Positions 41,680-45,318 of a stretch of 45,318 nucleotides of DNA are shown in pieces (within the stretch, counting starts at the first letter, position 1; the number at the start of each line of letters is the position of its first letter). Where the stretch lies: assembly GCA_018065225.1 (NCBI GenBank), contig JAGHTS010000213.1, forward strand, positions 1-45,318. Reading direction: 5' to 3'. The notes beneath the pieces are model-generated. The model saw only the letters and a list, made by a program, of their open reading frames with translations, was not told the origin of the DNA and did not search any database. A program made the position numbers and the translations under genes. Source of the DNA: Candidatus Phascolarctobacterium caballi (lineage in GTDB: Bacteria > Bacillota > Negativicutes > Acidaminococcales > Acidaminococcaceae).

Positions 41680-43035
41680 ATGGCGAAAGAAAACAAAAAA
41701 TTCAATTTAACTGAATTACTCAACCAGCGTTCCAAAGAGGTTGCAACAGAGGAAGTGCAGGAGCAGGAAGAAGCGGTGGTGACAGATGGAGAGCAGACAA
41801 CAGCTGACATATACGACCTTATACCATCAAAAGAAAATTTTTACAATACAGAGGACGTGCAAGACTTAAAAGAAAGCATTGAACTTGTAGGAGTGCTGCA
41901 ACCGCTTCTGGTATCAGAACCGGGGGAAGATGGGAAAAGACATATATTTGCTGGACACAGAAGACGCCGTGCAATAATGCAACTGGTAGAAGAGGGAAAA
42001 GAGCGTTTCAGATACGTTCCAATTATGGTGAAGCCTAAAAAAGACAAGATACTTGATAAGCTGGCATTGATAATGGCGAACCGCTTCCGAGAAAAAACAG
42101 ACTGGGAAAAAATGCAAGAAGCAATAGAAACAGAACGTCTGGTGCTGGAATTGAAAGAGCAAATGGACATTCCGGGAAGAACACGTGATTTGCTGGCAGA
42201 GATAATCAACACGTCTTCTGCGCAGCTTGGAAGATACAAGGCAATATATAACAATCTAATTCCAGAACTTATGGAAGAGTTCAAAGCAAATAATATTGGC
42301 GTATCAATCATTTATGAAGCGTCCGGGCTTGAAGAAGAATACCAGAAAAGGGCAGCGGAGATATTCAGAGAAAATGAAACATTAACACTGCCAGATATAA
42401 AGCAACTGAAAAAGCAATGGGAAGCAGCACAGCCAATACCGGGACAAATGAACTTTGAACAGATGGAGCAGGGCGGCGAAACAGACGCAGCAGAAGAGAA
42501 CGAGGAAAGAAGAGAGAATGAAGCGCAGGGGCAGCAGGAAGAATATGTGGACCCGCAGCCGGAAAGTATCACGTCGCTTTGTTACAGCTGCACGCATTAT
42601 GAAGAGTGCCACGACAAAAAGGCGACAGTGACAAGCTGCAATGCTTATGAGAACCGCAGAGAAGCCCAGAAAACAGACGAAGAGAGATACAGCGAAGAGC
42701 AGGAAGCCATTGACAGAGAAACGAAAAAGAAACTGCGAGAAATGCAGCAGGAAGAGAGAATGCAGCATTTGCCATCTGATGAAGCGCCGAAGCAACGTGA
42801 CATAAGACTTGCGGGCAAGAAATACGAAGAGGTGACGAGCGGGCAGCTGACATTCTTATTACTGAAAAAAGACGGCTTCAAACTGGGTGAAGAAATAGAG
42901 TTGCCGGAGTACAAAGAGGGACAGCCAACGGGAAGAAAAGCTGACATTGAAATTATATACATTCTGGAAGACTGGACGGGTCTTGATGATGATTATTGCA
43001 TTATTGGTTTTAATGTCACAGCATTTGACGCATAG
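41680..43035 (+). CDS. parB: ParB-like protein fused to a C-terminal DUF3850/ASCH-like domain
   Basis: ParB N-domain 'GVLQPLLV..FAGHRRRRA'. Central HTH region, acidic linker, Cys cluster. C-terminus 'LAGKKYEEVTSGQLTFLLLKKD..FKLGEEIELPEY..GRKADIEIIYIL' is DUF3850-like. Confidence 0.7.
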   Translation: MAKENKKFNLTELLNQRSKEVATEEVQEQEEAVVTDGEQTTADIYDLIPSKENFYNTEDVQDLKESIELVGVLQPLLVSEPGEDGKRHIFAGHRRRRAIMQLVEEGKERFRYVPIMVKPKKDKILDKLALIMANRFREKTDWEKMQEAIETERLVLELKEQMDIPGRTRDLLAEIINTSSAQLGRYKAIYNNLIPELMEEFKANNIGVSIIYEASGLEEEYQKRAAEIFRENETLTLPDIKQLKKQWEAAQPIPGQMNFEQMEQGGETDAAEENEERRENEAQGQQEEYVDPQPESITSLCYSCTHYEECHDKKATVTSCNAYENRREAQKTDEERYSEEQEAIDRETKKKLREMQQEERMQHLPSDEAPKQRDIRLAGKKYEEVTSGQLTFLLLKKDGFKLGEEIELPEYKEGQPTGRKADIEIIYILEDWTGLDDDYCIIGFNVTAFDA

Positions 43036-43046
43036 GAGGTAAAACA

Positions 43047-43568
43047 GTGTTTGGATTGTTTAAGAGAAAAGAAGAACCAGAGAAAATAAATGAAGCAGAA
43101 GAAACCGGGTTGCGTGAATATATGAGCGTTGACAGCATAAAAGCACACTTTGTAGATATGCTGGAAGAAAACAGAGAACTTAAAAAGCGCTTGGAAGACA
43201 GAGAAAAGAGCCAAAGAGAGGAAGAAAAAAGACAGAGGAAGCAAACGGAAATAGCAGAGATTGCAGCAGATGAATACAAGCAGAGAGTGCGTGAAAAAGA
43301 AAACGAGATTGCAAAGCTAAAAAAAGAAATCGACAGACAAGACAGTGAGATTGAGATTTTGAAAAGGGACCAGAACCACTGGAAAACAAAAGCTGAAATG
43401 GCAGAAGCAACAATGAAAAAGGCAATGGAAAGAAAAGAGGAAAAGGACAAGTGCAGATATTGGCTTGAAAATGAATTGAAGAGGTATGGAAACTGGGAGA
43501 AGCTGACAAAAACGCAACTTATAGACATTATCAAATGTGCAATAGAACCAAAAGAAGAAGCAAAGTAG
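43047..43568 (+). CDS. Coiled-coil protein
   Basis: GTG start after AGGAGGT. Highly charged Glu/Lys/Arg heptad-like sequence. Confidence 0.45.
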   Translation: MFGLFKRKEEPEKINEAEETGLREYMSVDSIKAHFVDMLEENRELKKRLEDREKSQREEEKRQRKQTEIAEIAADEYKQRVREKENEIAKLKKEIDRQDSEIEILKRDQNHWKTKAEMAEATMKKAMERKEEKDKCRYWLENELKRYGNWEKLTKTQLIDIIKCAIEPKEEAK

Positions 43569-43598
43569 GTAGCAGTCTTACAAATGGAGGTGCAGGCA

Positions 43599-43796
43599 AT
43601 GAGCAATCCAATAATAATGATTAGCACAGAAAATATGCCGAAGTTTTGCCGCAATCGTTGCGCAAACACAAAATGTGCAAAGCATATTTCAAAGGCGTAT
43701 CAGTGCGGCGGTTCGTGTTCTATGTCCTTAATGAGAGGGGAACCAGAATGCGAGGGCTATATATCACAGCGGAAAAGCAAAAAGCATAATACATAG
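43599..43796 (+). CDS. Small Cys-rich protein
   Basis: ATG 43599 after GGAGGTG. 'CRNRCANTKCAKH..CGGSC..CEG'. Confidence 0.4.
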   Translation: MSNPIIMISTENMPKFCRNRCANTKCAKHISKAYQCGGSCSMSLMRGEPECEGYISQRKSKKHNT

Positions 43797-43840
43797 CGCA
43801 TAACGTGTATAAGGGAAATAAAAAGAATGGAGGAACGGCA

Positions 43841-44323
43841 ATGGCGCAAATAATGGACAAAGACCGAGTTATTGAGTTGTTGGAATACTACAAAGACATA
43901 GACGGGGAGGTGACATTTTGCAGAAAAATTCTGAAAGATTATGAAGACCAATACTACAACCCCCTTGCAGCTATTCAAAGCGACGGTCTACCAAAAGGAA
44001 AAAATAATATATCACGCCCAGTAGAAAATATGGTCTTGAAAATACCAGAATATGTCAGCGTGGAAATGCGAGAGTACGAAGAAAGAGTACAGAACTTGCA
44101 GAACCTTAAAGCGCAAATATTGCAGGAAATTTCACGACTGAAACTGAAAGAAAAGAGCATTATTTTTGATTTTTACATTCACGGCATGAAATGGGAACAA
44201 GTAGCGGTACGAAATCATTACAGCGAAAGGCAGTGTAAAAACATAAGAGATAATGCGATTGAAGCGCTTGTGGCACGTTTCCAAAACAACAAGCACATTT
44301 CAAATTTTAACAAGGTTGCATAA
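43841..44323 (+). CDS. ArpU/RinA-like late transcriptional regulator (sigma region-4-like)
   Basis: ATG 43841 after GGAGG. C-terminal 'KSIIFDFYIHGMKWEQVAVRNHYSERQCKNIRDNAIEALV'. Last gene before the packaging module. Confidence 0.55.
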   Translation: MAQIMDKDRVIELLEYYKDIDGEVTFCRKILKDYEDQYYNPLAAIQSDGLPKGKNNISRPVENMVLKIPEYVSVEMREYEERVQNLQNLKAQILQEISRLKLKEKSIIFDFYIHGMKWEQVAVRNHYSERQCKNIRDNAIEALVARFQNNKHISNFNKVA

Positions 44324-44517
44324 TCATATATTTGCCCGCCATTGCCTGCGTACTGCTGATATAATATAGATTAGCAGAGCAGGCATAAAAGCCGTTTATA
44401 TACACGTTGGCAATAGTGGGCTTTGGGAAATAATCAATTTACAAAGCCCATAATTTTTTATACTTCCGCAAGGTTGAGGAATTGGAAAAATGAAAACGAA
44501 CGAAAAGAGGTGAGGGC

Positions 44518-45318
44518 ATGGGAAGACCACGGAACCCGGAAAGGGACAATTCCATGCAAAGATTTTTAGATAGTGACGGACAGATGGGCACCGCTGAACT
44601 GGCAAAGCTGGCAGGGGTGCCAGAAGTGCGTATAAGGAAATGGAAATCAGAAGACAAGTGGGAAGAAGCGTTGCAAAATAAACCCAAGAAAAGAGGGGGA
44701 CAAAAAGGCAATAAGAATGCAGCAGGAAAAACCCCGGCAAAAGATGGAAATAAAAACGCCGTAACACATGGAGCATTTGCACAAGCAGGGTATGGGGATA
44801 TTGACCCGGAGCAGGCAACACAAATACAGAACATGGGAACACCGTCCGCAATGGGACAAATGATGGAAGAATTGCAGGCACTATACCTGCGTAAAGCATA
44901 TCTGGAAAAGCTGTTAAAAGAGTATGAGAGCGAAGAAGCAGGGGGCTTCTATACAGACAAGATAGTACACATGATTGTGCCAAAGTCTTTGGAAGATAGA
45001 GAAGCAGAGCAGGACTTGGGAATTGAGAGCAGCACGACAGACCCAGAGGGAAGCACAAACGAGCAGTTCAAAACAGCAATGAAATCAATAATAAAATCAA
45101 GCCCGTTTGAAAGAGCAATGAAAGTTGAAGCAGAGTTGAACAAACTGCACGGGCGAATAATCAAGCAGCTGGACAGTATCAAAGCATACGAACTGGAAGA
45201 CAGACGCTTGACGCTGCAAGAGAAGCAATATGAATTACAAAAGCAACGATTAACTGGTGAGATAGACATAAACCCAGAGGGAAGCAGTGAAGACACAGAG
45301 GTAATGGAAGTAATAGAC
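44518..45318 (+). CDS. Small-terminase-like protein (HTH plus GNKNA repeats), 3' end runs off the window
   Basis: ATG after GAGGTGAGGGC. 'MGTAELAKLAGVPEVRIRKWKSEDKW' is an HTH, followed by 'GGQKGNKNAAG..DGNKNAVTHGAF'. 267 codons with no stop before the window end, so it is absent from the ORF track. Confidence 0.55.
   Translation, partial: MGRPRNPERDNSMQRFLDSDGQMGTAELAKLAGVPEVRIRKWKSEDKWEEALQNKPKKRGGQKGNKNAAGKTPAKDGNKNAVTHGAFAQAGYGDIDPEQATQIQNMGTPSAMGQMMEELQALYLRKAYLEKLLKEYESEEAGGFYTDKIVHMIVPKSLEDREAEQDLGIESSTTDPEGSTNEQFKTAMKSIIKSSPFERAMKVEAELNKLHGRIIKQLDSIKAYELEDRRLTLQEKQYELQKQRLTGEIDINPEGSSEDTEVMEVID

Larger units (their letters stand above)
1..45318 (+). mobile_element. Complete temperate contractile-tailed phage genome (circular contig opened inside a gene)
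   Basis: Continuous packaging, head, tail, DGR, lysis, lysogeny, replication, partition and late-regulator order with no host-like flanks. The ORF starting at 44518 has no stop at 45318 and continues in frame into 1..84. Confidence 0.8.

Noticed and set aside
43016-43669. 217-aa minus-strand ORF opposite the coiled-coil gene
   Set aside because: It is antisense to GAA/AAG-rich coding sequence, which gives a stop-free Phe/Ser/Leu-rich frame. No SD or motifs are visible.
44396-45058. 220-aa minus-strand ORF at the window end
   Set aside because: It is antisense to the small-terminase-like ORF, which has clear HTH and GNKNA motifs and a strong SD.

Overview
The window reads as one complete, gene-dense genome of a temperate contractile-tailed phage. 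Its signals look Gram-positive/Firmicutes-like: GGAGG-type ribosome-binding sites, many GTG/TTG starts, and LysM, XhlA-like, ArpU-like and large serine integrase genes. No host-like flanks are visible. The last + strand ORF (from 44518) has no stop and stays in frame across the 45318->1 junction, so the contig is probably a circular assembly opened inside a gene. Gene order: two small-terminase-like genes, GpA-type large terminase, gpW-like, lambda-type portal, ClpP/S49 protease-scaffold, decoration and gpE-type capsid genes (81-8727). Then sheath, tube, a chaperone with a -1 frameshift, tape measure and a PBSX/P2-like baseplate and fibre block (8731-20678). Next comes a complete diversity-generating retroelement (target-avd-TR-RT, 20682-23790), then lysis genes (23774-26531). 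A divergently transcribed accessory island of unknown function follows (26646-28161). The minus-strand lysogeny module holds the serine integrase, a SWIM-TM2 membrane protein and a cI-like repressor (28269-30912). An early/replication block follows with an HUH Rep-like protein, SLT, an orphan C5 methyltransferase, HD and VRR-NUC genes (31105-40375). The last operon carries tRNA-Arg(CCG), ParA, a ParB fusion and an ArpU-like late regulator (40521-44323). The strongest find is the DGR: its 111-bp VR and TR differ at 14 positions, and every one is a TR adenine. Other points worth follow-up: a near-identical promoter with an 18-bp palindrome in its spacer at two loci 13 kb apart, the unknown accessory island, a candidate attP, the SWIM-TM2 fusion, and integration, partition and rolling-circle Rep functions in one genome. 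All functional calls rest on motifs read by eye; no database search was run.
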